Assembly: GCA_048940925.1 (NCBI GenBank)
Contig: JBHLOC010000018.1
Coordinates: 22,501 to 86,500 of the forward strand
Direction: 5' to 3'
From: Promethearchaeota archaeon
GTDB taxonomy: Archaea > Asgardarchaeota > Lokiarchaeia > Sigyniarchaeales > SOKP01
DNA: 64,000 bases
Part shown: positions 10,155 to 20,070 of the stretch, one piece after another
Position numbering within the stretch: the first letter of the stretch is position 1
How the letters are laid out: each line of letters starts with the position of its first letter
Made by a program: the position numbers and the translations under genes
Notes under the pieces: generated by a model
The model's database searches: none
Told to the model about the DNA's origin: nothing
The model's input: the letters and a program-made list of their open reading frames with translations, nothing else

Positions 10155-11690
10155 ATGAAAAAAGTGTATATTACTACTCCTATTTATTATATAAATGCCG
10201 ATCCTCATATTGGACACGCCCATACTTCAATTATGGGTGATATTTTAAAACGATTTTTAAAAATGCGGGGGATTGATGTTTTCTATACAACAGGTGTTGA
10301 TGAGCATGGACAAAAAAACCAAGCTAGTACCCTTATGAGTGGTCTTCCCCAAGCAGAATATTTAGATCAACAATCGACAATCTATAGGTCCTTATTTGAA
10401 AAATTAAATATTTCCTTTGATTTTTTTGTCCGAACTTCGCATATAGGTCATAAAGATTATGTAAAGCAGGTTTTGAATGAACTTTTTAGGAAGAAATTGA
10501 TTTATAAAAAATATTATGAAGGTCTATATTGTCTTGGATGCGAACAATTTAAGAAACCCTCAGATTTGGATAAAAATGGTTTATGCACTGATCATAAAAA
10601 AATTCCAGAACTACAAAAAGAAATGAATTATTTTTTAAAGATTAGTGAATATCAATCTTGGTTAACGAATTACATAGAGGAAAATAAATACTTTATTCAA
10701 CCTCCTGTCTTCAAAAAAGAAGTATTAGCTATGCTAGAGGATCCATTAGAGGACTTATGTATTTCTCGTCCTAAAAGTAGAGTAACATTAGGAATTGATT
10801 TCCCTTTTGACGATGATTTTGTTACCTATGTATGGTTTGACGCCCTTTTAAATTATATCTCTAATCTTAAATTAAATTTTAAGGAAGAATCTGAATTTAA
10901 TGAATATTGGAGTAATAGCATACATTTATTGGCCAAAGATATTATTAAAACTCATTGTATCTATTGGCCTATACTGCTTAAACTTCTTGATATAGATCCA
11001 CCAAAATCTTTTCAGATTCATGGATTTTGGGTTGGTGAAGGAGGAATAAAAATGTCAAAATCATTAGGAAATATCATAGATCCAAAAAAACTCCAACAGG
11101 AAATTGGGACAGATGCAATGCGATACTATTTATGTAGCAAAATGACATATAAAGACTCACAGATTAGTATTTCGCTGATAAAATCTAATTATGAAGCTGA
11201 TTTAGCAAATAATATAGGAAATCTTCTATATCGTGCTTGTAAATTTACATTTAAGAATTTTAATGGGAAAATCCCTAAACCAGGAAAATTTGACCAAAGA
11301 GAAAAGGATATACACCTATTTTTAAGCAATCACATAAAATTAGATTTTAAGCAATTAAGTTTAAAAGTAGCTCATGACATAACCAAAAGAATTATCATAA
11401 TTGGAAATAGGCTTAATAAATATTTTAATGATGTGACTCCCTGGGAACTAGTAAAAGATAGAGATAGAATAGAGGAGTTGAAAGCAATATTATATACTGT
11501 ATTAGATGGGATTAAAATTCTTTTTGAACTTGCATATCCTATAATGCCGAATATTGCGAATGAGGTTTTAAAGATTATTGGAGCCAGTAAAATACCTGAT
11601 AAGATTATTAATTACGAGATAAAAGTAGGAAAACTCAAACCAGATTCAAAAATGTTAAAGCCTAAAATAATTTTTCCAAAATTAAATTGA
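10155..11690 (+). CDS. metG: methionine--tRNA ligase, short form
   Basis: YITTPIYYIN, HIGH, TGVDEHGQK, YVWFDAL, KMSKS. Confidence 0.93.
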   Translation: MKKVYITTPIYYINADPHIGHAHTSIMGDILKRFLKMRGIDVFYTTGVDEHGQKNQASTLMSGLPQAEYLDQQSTIYRSLFEKLNISFDFFVRTSHIGHKDYVKQVLNELFRKKLIYKKYYEGLYCLGCEQFKKPSDLDKNGLCTDHKKIPELQKEMNYFLKISEYQSWLTNYIEENKYFIQPPVFKKEVLAMLEDPLEDLCISRPKSRVTLGIDFPFDDDFVTYVWFDALLNYISNLKLNFKEESEFNEYWSNSIHLLAKDIIKTHCIYWPILLKLLDIDPPKSFQIHGFWVGEGGIKMSKSLGNIIDPKKLQQEIGTDAMRYYLCSKMTYKDSQISISLIKSNYEADLANNIGNLLYRACKFTFKNFNGKIPKPGKFDQREKDIHLFLSNHIKLDFKQLSLKVAHDITKRIIIIGNRLNKYFNDVTPWELVKDRDRIEELKAILYTVLDGIKILFELAYPIMPNIANEVLKIIGASKIPDKIINYEIKVGKLKPDSKMLKPKIIFPKLN

Positions 11691-11695
11691 ACTGA

Positions 11696-13522
11696 TTAAA
11701 GATTTAGGTTTTCTAAAATCTTTTCTGCTAATTTTTTTCCTATAATCTGAGACATTTCTTCAATAGATGCCTTTTTGATATTATCTACACTCCCAAAGTG
11801 ATTTAATAGCTTATTTCTTGTAACTGGACCAACTCCTTCAATATCATCCAAAATTGAGCCGATAATTCTTTTTTTCCTTTGTTTTTTATGAAGCCTCACA
11901 GCAAATCTATGGGCCTCATCACGAATTCTTTGAAATAACTTTAAAATTGGTGAGGTTCTTGGTAGAATAACAGGTTCATATTTATTAGGCATATAAATTT
12001 CTTCATACTTTTTAGCTAAGCCTATAATAGGAATTTCAAGACCTAATTCTTGTAACACAGAAATACCTGCATTTAATTGTCCTTTTCCGCCATCAACCAC
12101 AATTAAATCGGGAAGTTCTAAGTTACGTTTCAATAGCATGGAATACCTTCTTTTTAATACTTCTTTCATCATTGCTACATCATCAGGTGTCGATTTGGTT
12201 TTAATTTTAAAATGCCTATAATTTTTGTTATATGGCTTTCCATCTAAAAAGTAAACCATCGAACCTGTTGCGTCTCTTCCTTCTATATTTGATATATCAA
12301 AACCTTCAATGATCCTCGGCTTTTTTGGTAAACTTAAAATTTTTTTAGCTTCTTTTAATACTTCTTCTCTAAAATCCTTTTCATCCAATTTAATCTGTTC
12401 CATTTGAACTTGTTGATTGACAATAACCTTAGCATTTTTATTAGCGATTCTCATTAAGCTTTCTTCATATTCATCTTTAGGAGTCCTTATTATTATCTCC
12501 TTTTTCATATCTTTTAAATAGTCAATTAGAAGATGAAACTTTTTATTTACTTCAGCAATAACTATTGCTTCAGGTAATTGTGTTTTAAAGTCTTGGTAAT
12601 ACTGCTCTAAGATAGAAGAGAGCAATTCATTTTTTTGAATAAGCTTTTTTCTTAAATCGAAATTGAAGGAATTTTTATTTATAATTCTATTTTCTCTAAT
12701 TTGGATTATCACCATAGCCATATAATTATCCTCAGAGTAATATCCAATTATATCCTTGTTTACATCGGGGGTCAATAAAACATGCTGCTTATCTGTTGCA
12801 TGCTCAATATCATTTAATTTATCCCTCCAGAAAGCAGCTAATTCAAATTCTTGGGCTTTTGAAGCATTTTGCATTTTTTCCTCAATTTGTTTTTTTAAGT
12901 CACTTGTTTCTCCTTTTAAAAACATTTCGATTCTTTTGACATTATCAAGATATTCTTGTTTTGTTATTTTAGTAAAACATGGACCCGGGCAGAGTTTTAA
13001 TTGAAAATATAAACAGGGTCTCTTCTTTTTTTTAACAGGTTTTTTACATGAACAATAGGGAAAAATTTTTCTTAAATCTCTTAACACTCTTATAATTTCT
13101 TTTTTATCTGTATAGGGTCCTAAAAATAAGTTATCTTGAGAAAATTTTTCTGGATTCCTAATTACACGAATTCTAGGAAAAGCCTCAGCATAATAAATTG
13201 CTACCCATGGATAAGACTTAGAATCCCTCATAATTACATTAAATGGAGGGAGGTGTTTTTTGATTTGGATATTTTCTAAAAGGAGTGCTTCTTTTTCATT
13301 TTCTGTTATAATATATTCAATAGAATGAATTTTGCTTACTAATTCCTTGATTTTTTCCTCGTAATAAGGGTCATTATAACTAGTTTTCAAAAAATATTGA
13401 TTTACTCTTTTTTTAAGATTTATGGCTTTTCCAATATATAGTATTGAACCTTTCTTATCAATAAATAAATAAACTCCAGTTTCATTAGGGAGACTTTTTC
13501 TTTGTAATTCTATTTCATTCAT
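11696..13522 (-). CDS. uvrC: excinuclease ABC subunit C
   Basis: GIY-YIG (GVY...YIGKA), FDISN, VDGGKGQ, RDEAHRFA, C-terminal HhH. Confidence 0.97.
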   Translation of the reverse strand: MNEIELQRKSLPNETGVYLFIDKKGSILYIGKAINLKKRVNQYFLKTSYNDPYYEEKIKELVSKIHSIEYIITENEKEALLLENIQIKKHLPPFNVIMRDSKSYPWVAIYYAEAFPRIRVIRNPEKFSQDNLFLGPYTDKKEIIRVLRDLRKIFPYCSCKKPVKKKKRPCLYFQLKLCPGPCFTKITKQEYLDNVKRIEMFLKGETSDLKKQIEEKMQNASKAQEFELAAFWRDKLNDIEHATDKQHVLLTPDVNKDIIGYYSEDNYMAMVIIQIRENRIINKNSFNFDLRKKLIQKNELLSSILEQYYQDFKTQLPEAIVIAEVNKKFHLLIDYLKDMKKEIIIRTPKDEYEESLMRIANKNAKVIVNQQVQMEQIKLDEKDFREEVLKEAKKILSLPKKPRIIEGFDISNIEGRDATGSMVYFLDGKPYNKNYRHFKIKTKSTPDDVAMMKEVLKRRYSMLLKRNLELPDLIVVDGGKGQLNAGISVLQELGLEIPIIGLAKKYEEIYMPNKYEPVILPRTSPILKLFQRIRDEAHRFAVRLHKKQRKKRIIGSILDDIEGVGPVTRNKLLNHFGSVDNIKKASIEEMSQIIGKKLAEKILENLNL

Positions 13523-13732
13523 GGATAAATTGAAAGTTATCAGAATATATGATATGATAGTCGATTAAATTTTTTTATTTTTATTAATAAAGGGTTCAAG
13601 ATATAATTAATAATTAAAGAGATTAAATTTTATTAATTATTATTAAATATAAGAAACTCATAATGAGATTTAATTTTCAAGAAATTTTGAGTTTCCTATT
13701 TATAACCTATAAAATCTTCCTTACAAATAAAT

Positions 13733-13939
13733 ATGGTAAAAATAAGATTATGTCCAAAATGTAAAAAGCCAAAATTGAAAATGGCTGTTAATGTTTCGGG
13801 TTGGTTAGCACCTGATATGTATGAATGCACTGCTTGTGGTTATATTGGACTCTTTTATATTGAAGTTGATTCAGAAGATTATCAATTGGATCAAGAAGAA
13901 AGCTCTGTTAATTTAAAGGAAAAAGACAATAATGTGTGA
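13733..13939 (+). CDS. small zinc-ribbon protein
   Basis: CPKC...CTACGY; overlaps the start of the next gene. Confidence 0.75.
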   Translation: MVKIRLCPKCKKPKLKMAVNVSGWLAPDMYECTACGYIGLFYIEVDSEDYQLDQEESSVNLKEKDNNV

Positions 13940-14877
13940 TATTGATGGAACAACTACTAAAAGATGCTGAAAGAATTAGATCCCTTGAAATTCAAGGCGC
14001 TACTAATGTAGCTATTAGTGCGATTGATTTTTTAAGTAATTATGCGAAAAGATTAAAATGTGAAAACTTAGAGAGCGGTTTTGAGCATCTTTATAATGCA
14101 AGAGATATTTTAATTGAAACAAGACCAACTGAGCCAGCTATGAAAAATGGTTTAAAATTTATAATAAATAAATTAGAAGAAGAAAAAGATCATTGTGATG
14201 CGGAGTACATTTCTGATATTATTGAAAAGTATAAAAATCAATATTATGATATGCTCCAAAATTCAAAGAAAAAAATTGCTCAAATTGGTGCTCGGCGAAT
14301 CCCCGCTGCCAGTAAGAAATATATTGTAATGACTCACTGTCATTCATCTTTAGTTGTTGCTATTTTATTAGAAGCTAAAAAACAGGGAAAAAATTTCAAG
14401 GTAATAAATACTGAAACCCAACCGAGATTACAAGGTCGCAAGACAGCAGAAAAGCTATTAGATGCTGGAATTGAAGTTACTCACATTGTTGATAGCGCCA
14501 TGCGATGGGCTGTTAGACATTTTCAAGTAGATCTAATTATAATAGGGGCAGATAGCATAACTTCTGAGGGGACAATAATCAACAAAATAGGATCACGATT
14601 GTTGGCATTAGTAGCTCATGAAGAACACGTTCCTTTTTATGTTGCATCTCCCTTATTGAAATATAATCCAGAAACCAATCTGGGTATTTTAGAAACTATC
14701 GAAATGAGAGATCCAAACGAAATATGGGAAAATCCTCCTAAAGGGATTAAGATTCTAAATCCTGCATTCGAAACTGTAAGCAGAAGATATATTGATGGGT
14801 TAATTACAGAAGCGGGAATATTTGCTACGAGTCATGTACCAAATTATTTCGTTAAATTATATCCAGAAATGGCATAA
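13936..14877 (+). CDS. ribose-1,5-bisphosphate isomerase (eIF2B-like family)
   Basis: IQGATNVA, TRPTEP, THCHSS, ETQPRLQG, GADSI, NKIG, NPAFE; adjacent to RuBisCO. Confidence 0.9.
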   Translation: MILMEQLLKDAERIRSLEIQGATNVAISAIDFLSNYAKRLKCENLESGFEHLYNARDILIETRPTEPAMKNGLKFIINKLEEEKDHCDAEYISDIIEKYKNQYYDMLQNSKKKIAQIGARRIPAASKKYIVMTHCHSSLVVAILLEAKKQGKNFKVINTETQPRLQGRKTAEKLLDAGIEVTHIVDSAMRWAVRHFQVDLIIIGADSITSEGTIINKIGSRLLALVAHEEHVPFYVASPLLKYNPETNLGILETIEMRDPNEIWENPPKGIKILNPAFETVSRRYIDGLITEAGIFATSHVPNYFVKLYPEMA

Positions 14878-14887
14878 TTTTCTTTAT

Positions 14888-16168
14888 TTAAGACGTACCC
14901 CATTTTTCAATTGCTCTAGCTAATTCAATATTGTTTTTAGCATATTCTTTTAACTCATAACCTTCTAAAACAGCATTAATTGCTTGTCTAATTGCTTTTG
15001 CTCCAGCTTCAGTACCATCCGGATGTCCATGACACCCTCCTCCAAATTGAAATACCATATCCTTGCCTAAAATTTCGACTAATTCAGGAATATGCAATGG
15101 ACTTAAACCTCCCGAAGCAACCGGTAGAGTGGGTTTGATTGTTCCCCACTCTTGATTAAGAACTGTTTGATTATTGTCTTCAATTTTGGATTTTGTAATT
15201 ACTTGATTAATTTCTAATACTTCTTTTTTAGCACCTTCCATTTTTCCTACTACCGTTCCTGTATGTAATTGATCCATACCAATTAATCTCATTAGTTTTG
15301 CTAAAGCTAGCATTGTCACTCCATGCTTTTTATTTCTAGTAAAAGCGGCATGCATTGCTCTGTGAGCATGAAGTACTAGGTCTTTATCATCGAGATATTC
15401 TCTAATTTCTTGTAGGGCTGAAAAACCTATGGTTACTATATCTACCATTACATATTCTCCCCCATTATCAAAAACATAATCTGCTCGTTTTTTCATAGTG
15501 CTAAGAGGAGATGTTATATTCGGCATATAGAATTTCCTTTCTCCTATTTCTGTTTCAATTCTATCACGGATTTTCAATGTTTCTGTAATTCTTGTCTCAA
15601 ATTTATTAAAAACCATACTTGTTAAGTTTTCATCATCTTTAACAATGTCTAGTCCCCCTCTCCAAGCTTCTCCACACACTTTTGCATGCTCGATTTCATT
15701 CAATCCTACCTTGGGCTTTACAATTGTTCCTACAAGTGGACGATCTCTAACTTTGGTCAATTTTCTAATACCTTGAATTCCGAATTTTGGTCCCTTATAT
15801 GACTTTATAATATTTTGAGGAAAACTTATATCTAATAATCTCAAATATTTTAGAGCTTTCATTCCAAAAATATTTCCTGCAACAGCACTTAATATTTGAG
15901 GTATATTTTCAATTTCGAAAAGTTCTTGAGTATAAGCAATTTTTACAATATTTTTTTCAGGATTAATATAAAAAACCGCTGGCTTGAGTCTTCTAGCAAT
16001 ATCTGCAGATAAGGTAGCAATCTCTGTCCACGTTCCTATTGAGCTTTCTTTCGCAATTTCTTCACACGCTTGTTCAATATTTTTACAATCTGGTGCTTTT
16101 TCTACATAATACATTGCAATGAGATCATTCTCATTTGGTTTATAGCTTAAATTTATATAGTCTACCAA
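14888..16168 (-). CDS. rbcL: ribulose-1,5-bisphosphate carboxylase, form III
   Basis: ESSIGTW, KPKVGL, KDDE, HAHRAMHA, GKMEG, SGG, GGGCHGHP. Confidence 0.95.
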   Translation of the reverse strand: MVDYINLSYKPNENDLIAMYYVEKAPDCKNIEQACEEIAKESSIGTWTEIATLSADIARRLKPAVFYINPEKNIVKIAYTQELFEIENIPQILSAVAGNIFGMKALKYLRLLDISFPQNIIKSYKGPKFGIQGIRKLTKVRDRPLVGTIVKPKVGLNEIEHAKVCGEAWRGGLDIVKDDENLTSMVFNKFETRITETLKIRDRIETEIGERKFYMPNITSPLSTMKKRADYVFDNGGEYVMVDIVTIGFSALQEIREYLDDKDLVLHAHRAMHAAFTRNKKHGVTMLALAKLMRLIGMDQLHTGTVVGKMEGAKKEVLEINQVITKSKIEDNNQTVLNQEWGTIKPTLPVASGGLSPLHIPELVEILGKDMVFQFGGGCHGHPDGTEAGAKAIRQAINAVLEGYELKEYAKNNIELARAIEKWGTS

Positions 16169-16301
16169 TTAGTTTCACCAAACTTGATTTTATTTGCAAC
16201 ATAAATAAATGTATAAATATTTCTCAATAAGAAATGAGTTATAATTATAAAATCATAAAAAATTAATAATATTTTTAATTATCTTACAGAGTGAAGAATC
16301 T

Positions 16302-16613
16302 ATGAGTGAAGAAAAAAGCAAGATTATGACTATAAACGTTAAAGATCTTAGTTTTAAAAGTGAACAGTATGTTCTTGATTTGATAAGATTCTTATCAGAG
16401 GCACTACCTCAAATAAATCTTGATCGTGAAGCGAATGATATTAGTGTTGAAATGCCAATTGAATTATCTAAGAGAGCTTTAAAATTAAGAATTAAGAAAT
16501 TTTTGTATAAAAAAGGTTTAAACAAAGATTTTAGACCCATTTCACATAAATCAATAGATTCAGAAGGATATATTGTAAAAGAAAAGAAAATAGCAGAATT
16601 AAGTTATTATTAA
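16302..16613 (+). CDS. rpl22e: ribosomal protein eL22-like
   Basis: SKRALKLRIKKFLYKKGLNKDFRPIS resembles the eL22 core [24 protein letters not shown]; ~100 aa. Confidence 0.75.
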   Translation: MSEEKSKIMTINVKDLSFKSEQYVLDLIRFLSEALPQINLDREANDISVEMPIELSKRALKLRIKKFLYKKGLNKDFRPISHKSIDSEGYIVKEKKIAELSYY

Positions 16614-16663
16614 ACCTTATTCTCTTTAATTATAATTATATAGTTAAAAACCTATACTTAGTT

Positions 16664-17638
16664 GTGTCTTTGAATATTATAAATCTCAATTTATCAATCA
16701 ATTCTATTGATGACTTGATAAGATGTGTTAATTTAGCAAGTCTCTTAGAATTATCAGGGTGGCCAAAACCTGGAAATGTACATCGCACTAAAAATTTTGA
16801 ACGTACTAAATATGAACATTTTTTGGCAGGAATTACCGCTATTCAACCAAATTTTGGAGATTTTTGTAAAAGAATCTTCCAATATTCATTTGAAAATAAA
16901 AAAGATTTTAAAGAAATAAAAATGGGTCTCTTCTTTAAAAAAGCTGCACATGAAATGATGAGATGGCAAAGCGGAGGAAATGTATTATTAGGACATATTT
17001 TGATATTAAGTCCCCTTGTAGCTGCTGCTACAATTTGCTTAAAAAAAGGGAAAACTAACTTTTCAGATTTTAAATTCTATTTAACTAAAATTGTTGAAGA
17101 AGCTACTGTTGATGATACAATTTATTTATATAAGACAATAAAGCAATGCAACCCTGGAGGATTAGGGAAGATTGATAAATATGATATTTATGATGAAAAT
17201 GCATTAAGGGATATAAGATCAGATAAAATTAAATTAAAAAGAATTTTTGAATTATCCAAAGATTATGATTTAATTAGTTTAGAGTATTCTACTAGTTTTA
17301 AGATAATTCTAAGTGAAGGTCTTCCATATTTTTTAGAAGTATACAATAATTTTGGGGATCTAAATATAGCAATCGTAAATACATTTTTAAAGATACTTTC
17401 AGTACATCCAGATACCCTTATAATTAGAAAATCAGGATTAGATGCTGCCTTATATGTTTCAAAATCAGCATCAGAAATTTTGGAATTCGGAGGAATTTCT
17501 TCAGAAAAAGGTTTTAAACTGTCTTACCAATTAGATAAAGAATTACAAGAAAAAAAAGGGAAAATGAATCCAGGAACTACTGCTGATCTTCTTGCAGGAA
17601 TAATATTATGTGCTCTGCTTTTTGGTTTAAGATTTTAA
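16664..17638 (+). CDS. citG: triphosphoribosyl-dephospho-CoA synthase (CitG family)
   Basis: PKPGNVHR, DTLIIRK, NPGTTADL. Confidence 0.88.
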   Translation: MSLNIINLNLSINSIDDLIRCVNLASLLELSGWPKPGNVHRTKNFERTKYEHFLAGITAIQPNFGDFCKRIFQYSFENKKDFKEIKMGLFFKKAAHEMMRWQSGGNVLLGHILILSPLVAAATICLKKGKTNFSDFKFYLTKIVEEATVDDTIYLYKTIKQCNPGGLGKIDKYDIYDENALRDIRSDKIKLKRIFELSKDYDLISLEYSTSFKIILSEGLPYFLEVYNNFGDLNIAIVNTFLKILSVHPDTLIIRKSGLDAALYVSKSASEILEFGGISSEKGFKLSYQLDKELQEKKGKMNPGTTADLLAGIILCALLFGLRF

Positions 17639-17712
17639 ATTCCAAAAAATTATTTGGTAGAATTAATTATTTTTATTTAGTTTAAACTCAACACATATAG
17701 GATTAGAACTTT

Positions 17713-18063
17713 ATGGAATTCTGTGATGAATGTGGCAGTATGATGCTCCCTTCTAAGATAAATGGTAAAAAAGTATTTAAGTGTAAATGTGGTGCAATAA
17801 AAGATTTTTCTGAGGAAAAATCAGGATCTTACAAATTGACTACTAAGATTGAGCACTCTATCAGAAATGAGGTCACAAACTTAGCTGAAGTATTAGATTG
17901 GAAAGAAGAAAACTTACGGAGTACAATTAAGAACTTTAAATGTCCTCGGTGTGGGTATGACAAGGCACATCTAGAAACACGCCAAACAAGAAGTGCGGAT
18001 GAAGGAATGACCCATTTTATTGTGTGTCTAAAATGTGGTCGTCATATAAAAATAAGAAGTTAA
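17713..18063 (+). CDS. tfs: transcription elongation factor TFS (RpoM/TFIIS-like)
   Basis: N-terminal FCDECGSMM zinc ribbon; C-terminal CPRC...QTRSADEG...CLKC. Confidence 0.9.
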   Translation: MEFCDECGSMMLPSKINGKKVFKCKCGAIKDFSEEKSGSYKLTTKIEHSIRNEVTNLAEVLDWKEENLRSTIKNFKCPRCGYDKAHLETRQTRSADEGMTHFIVCLKCGRHIKIRS

Positions 18064-18075
18064 AACAAGAATTTA

Positions 18076-18372
18076 TTAATCAAAAAGCATTTTTAGCAAC
18101 TCTATTTTATCCATATCGATTAGTAAATCAATTTGTATAATCTTATTAGAATTTCTTATACCCGCGATAATTTTTATTTGTTTTGAAGAGATATCAAGCT
18201 TTTTTTTCAAAAAGTGTATTAATTCTTTATTCGCTTTATTTTGAACAGGTTTTGAACGAAGAAAAATTGTTAAATATTCATTATTATCAACTAGACGTTG
18301 ATTTTTTGAATTTGGTCTAATATTCAATTTTAGTATAAAAGTCTTATCTGATTTCTTTATAAGAAATGAAAT
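18076..18372 (-). CDS. DUF167/UPF0235 family protein (extended to an ATT start at 18372)
   Basis: IRPNSK...PVQNKANKELIHFL...IIAG..NSNK; GAGGA SD 7 nt before the ATT. Confidence 0.8.
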   Translation of the reverse strand: MSFLIKKSDKTFILKLNIRPNSKNQRLVDNNEYLTIFLRSKPVQNKANKELIHFLKKKLDISSKQIKIIAGIRNSNKIIQIDLLIDMDKIELLKMLFD

Positions 18373-18392
18373 TGTAAATTCCTCATATGTTT

Positions 18393-19781
18393 TTATATTA
18401 AATCGTCTATACTAGTTTTCAATCTAATATAAGAAGGTTTTGACAATCGAATACCACCCGCTAATTTGTGTCCCCCACCTAATCCTCCTAATTCATTTTT
18501 TATTTTAGAGATAATTTTATTTACACCATTCTCTGAATTATTTTCAAGGAATTTTCTTGAGCATCTGATACTTAGCTTAATTGTCCCTGATTTCTTTTCA
18601 AGACCACCTAATAATAAAATTTTATCAGAATCAAAAAGCCCATTTACAGTACTAAAACTTGCTGTATCCGACCAGTTACTTGGTGGAATTTTCCCTTTCA
18701 CTTCTACAAAAATTGCTTTCTCTGTTTCATAGCGAGGTAATTCATTAGCAATAATTTTCAAATTCTCTGAGAGATGTTCAATATATTCAGAATAAATAGT
18801 TTTTGCATAACGTGTTATGTTCCTCAACTGTATAATCGAAATAGCCGCACTGATATTTTTGAAGCATAAAATATTTAATAAAAGTGCATGTTCAAAAGCA
18901 AAGTTTAATAAGCCTGATTTATACGGGATAAGCGCATAATGACCAGTATTGTTCATATTTAATTCTTTTTGAATTTTATAAATTTCATTCTTGTTTAATT
19001 CAATAACTTTTTTTTTTGGATTTATTTGTAGATTATTTAAAAATATATTAATTTTTTGATCTGATTCTCCACCTAATCCCTCAATAAATGGTAAAATACT
19101 GTATTTTAGACCATTTTTTATAGAATTGTACATACTTCCAAAAAGAATAAGTCCATCTTTGTCTTCAATGAGCTCTTCATCTATCAATTCTTGATATACC
19201 TCACGATTATATGATTTAAGTTTATCCATCGATTTTAAAGAATCTCCAGCAATACCTATAACTGCTAACCATCCTTGCTTTATTATTTTTGGAGTTACTT
19301 CTTTAGCAAACATATATGCTAAAGTGGCTCCTGCTATATGTTCAAGTCCATCGTACCCATGCATAGTGGGGTTGACGAAAAATAAATTTTCAGGGAATTT
19401 AAAAATTTTAAAATCATCATCTACTTCATGGTGATCGAGAATAAAAAAAGTCTCTTTTCTGTTTCTTATTATTGGTATTAGTTCTGAGAGATTAGATCCC
19501 ACATCAGTAAAAAAAAAGGCAGTTTTAGGATTCTGTCTGCTAGATAAAATACCTTTTAAATAATTTGCCCAAGAAACAGATCTATTATAAATAAAATAAT
19601 CATAATTTAAATTTAACTTATATAATAAATTTTGGATTATATGAAGGCTACTAATTCCATCAGCATCATTATGGGATATAGTGATAACTTTTGAATAATC
19701 TCCATCTATAAAATGATCTACAGCGTTACCAAAATCTTCCATAAATTTTGATTTATCTGGCTTTTTGACCATTTTAATCAT
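18393..19781 (-). CDS. DHH family phosphoesterase (RecJ/GAN/Cdc45-like)
   Basis: HNDADG, TDVG, ILDHH, GIAGD, DHHA1 GGGH. Confidence 0.88.
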   Translation of the reverse strand: MIKMVKKPDKSKFMEDFGNAVDHFIDGDYSKVITISHNDADGISSLHIIQNLLYKLNLNYDYFIYNRSVSWANYLKGILSSRQNPKTAFFFTDVGSNLSELIPIIRNRKETFFILDHHEVDDDFKIFKFPENLFFVNPTMHGYDGLEHIAGATLAYMFAKEVTPKIIKQGWLAVIGIAGDSLKSMDKLKSYNREVYQELIDEELIEDKDGLILFGSMYNSIKNGLKYSILPFIEGLGGESDQKINIFLNNLQINPKKKVIELNKNEIYKIQKELNMNNTGHYALIPYKSGLLNFAFEHALLLNILCFKNISAAISIIQLRNITRYAKTIYSEYIEHLSENLKIIANELPRYETEKAIFVEVKGKIPPSNWSDTASFSTVNGLFDSDKILLLGGLEKKSGTIKLSIRCSRKFLENNSENGVNKIISKIKNELGGLGGGHKLAGGIRLSKPSYIRLKTSIDDLI

Positions 19782-20070
19782 TTTAAACCTAAATTTAATA
19801 ATCTATAATGTGTTCATTTTGTTAAATTGATCTAAATAAACTATAGTCAATTTAAAATTAGTAAAGCGCCAAAACTTCAAATTTAATTATACTAGATATA
19901 CTTTTTTTCATTAAAAATCTTATAAATTCCAAATAAATTTAATGGTTATAAATATTCCGATTTGTTTAGAGATTATAAGCGAAAAGTTGATAAAAATTAA
20001 AATCTGTAGAAAAATTATTTAAATTTAGTTAATTTTTTGTTGTAAATATCTTTGAACCAAACAACTAAAT

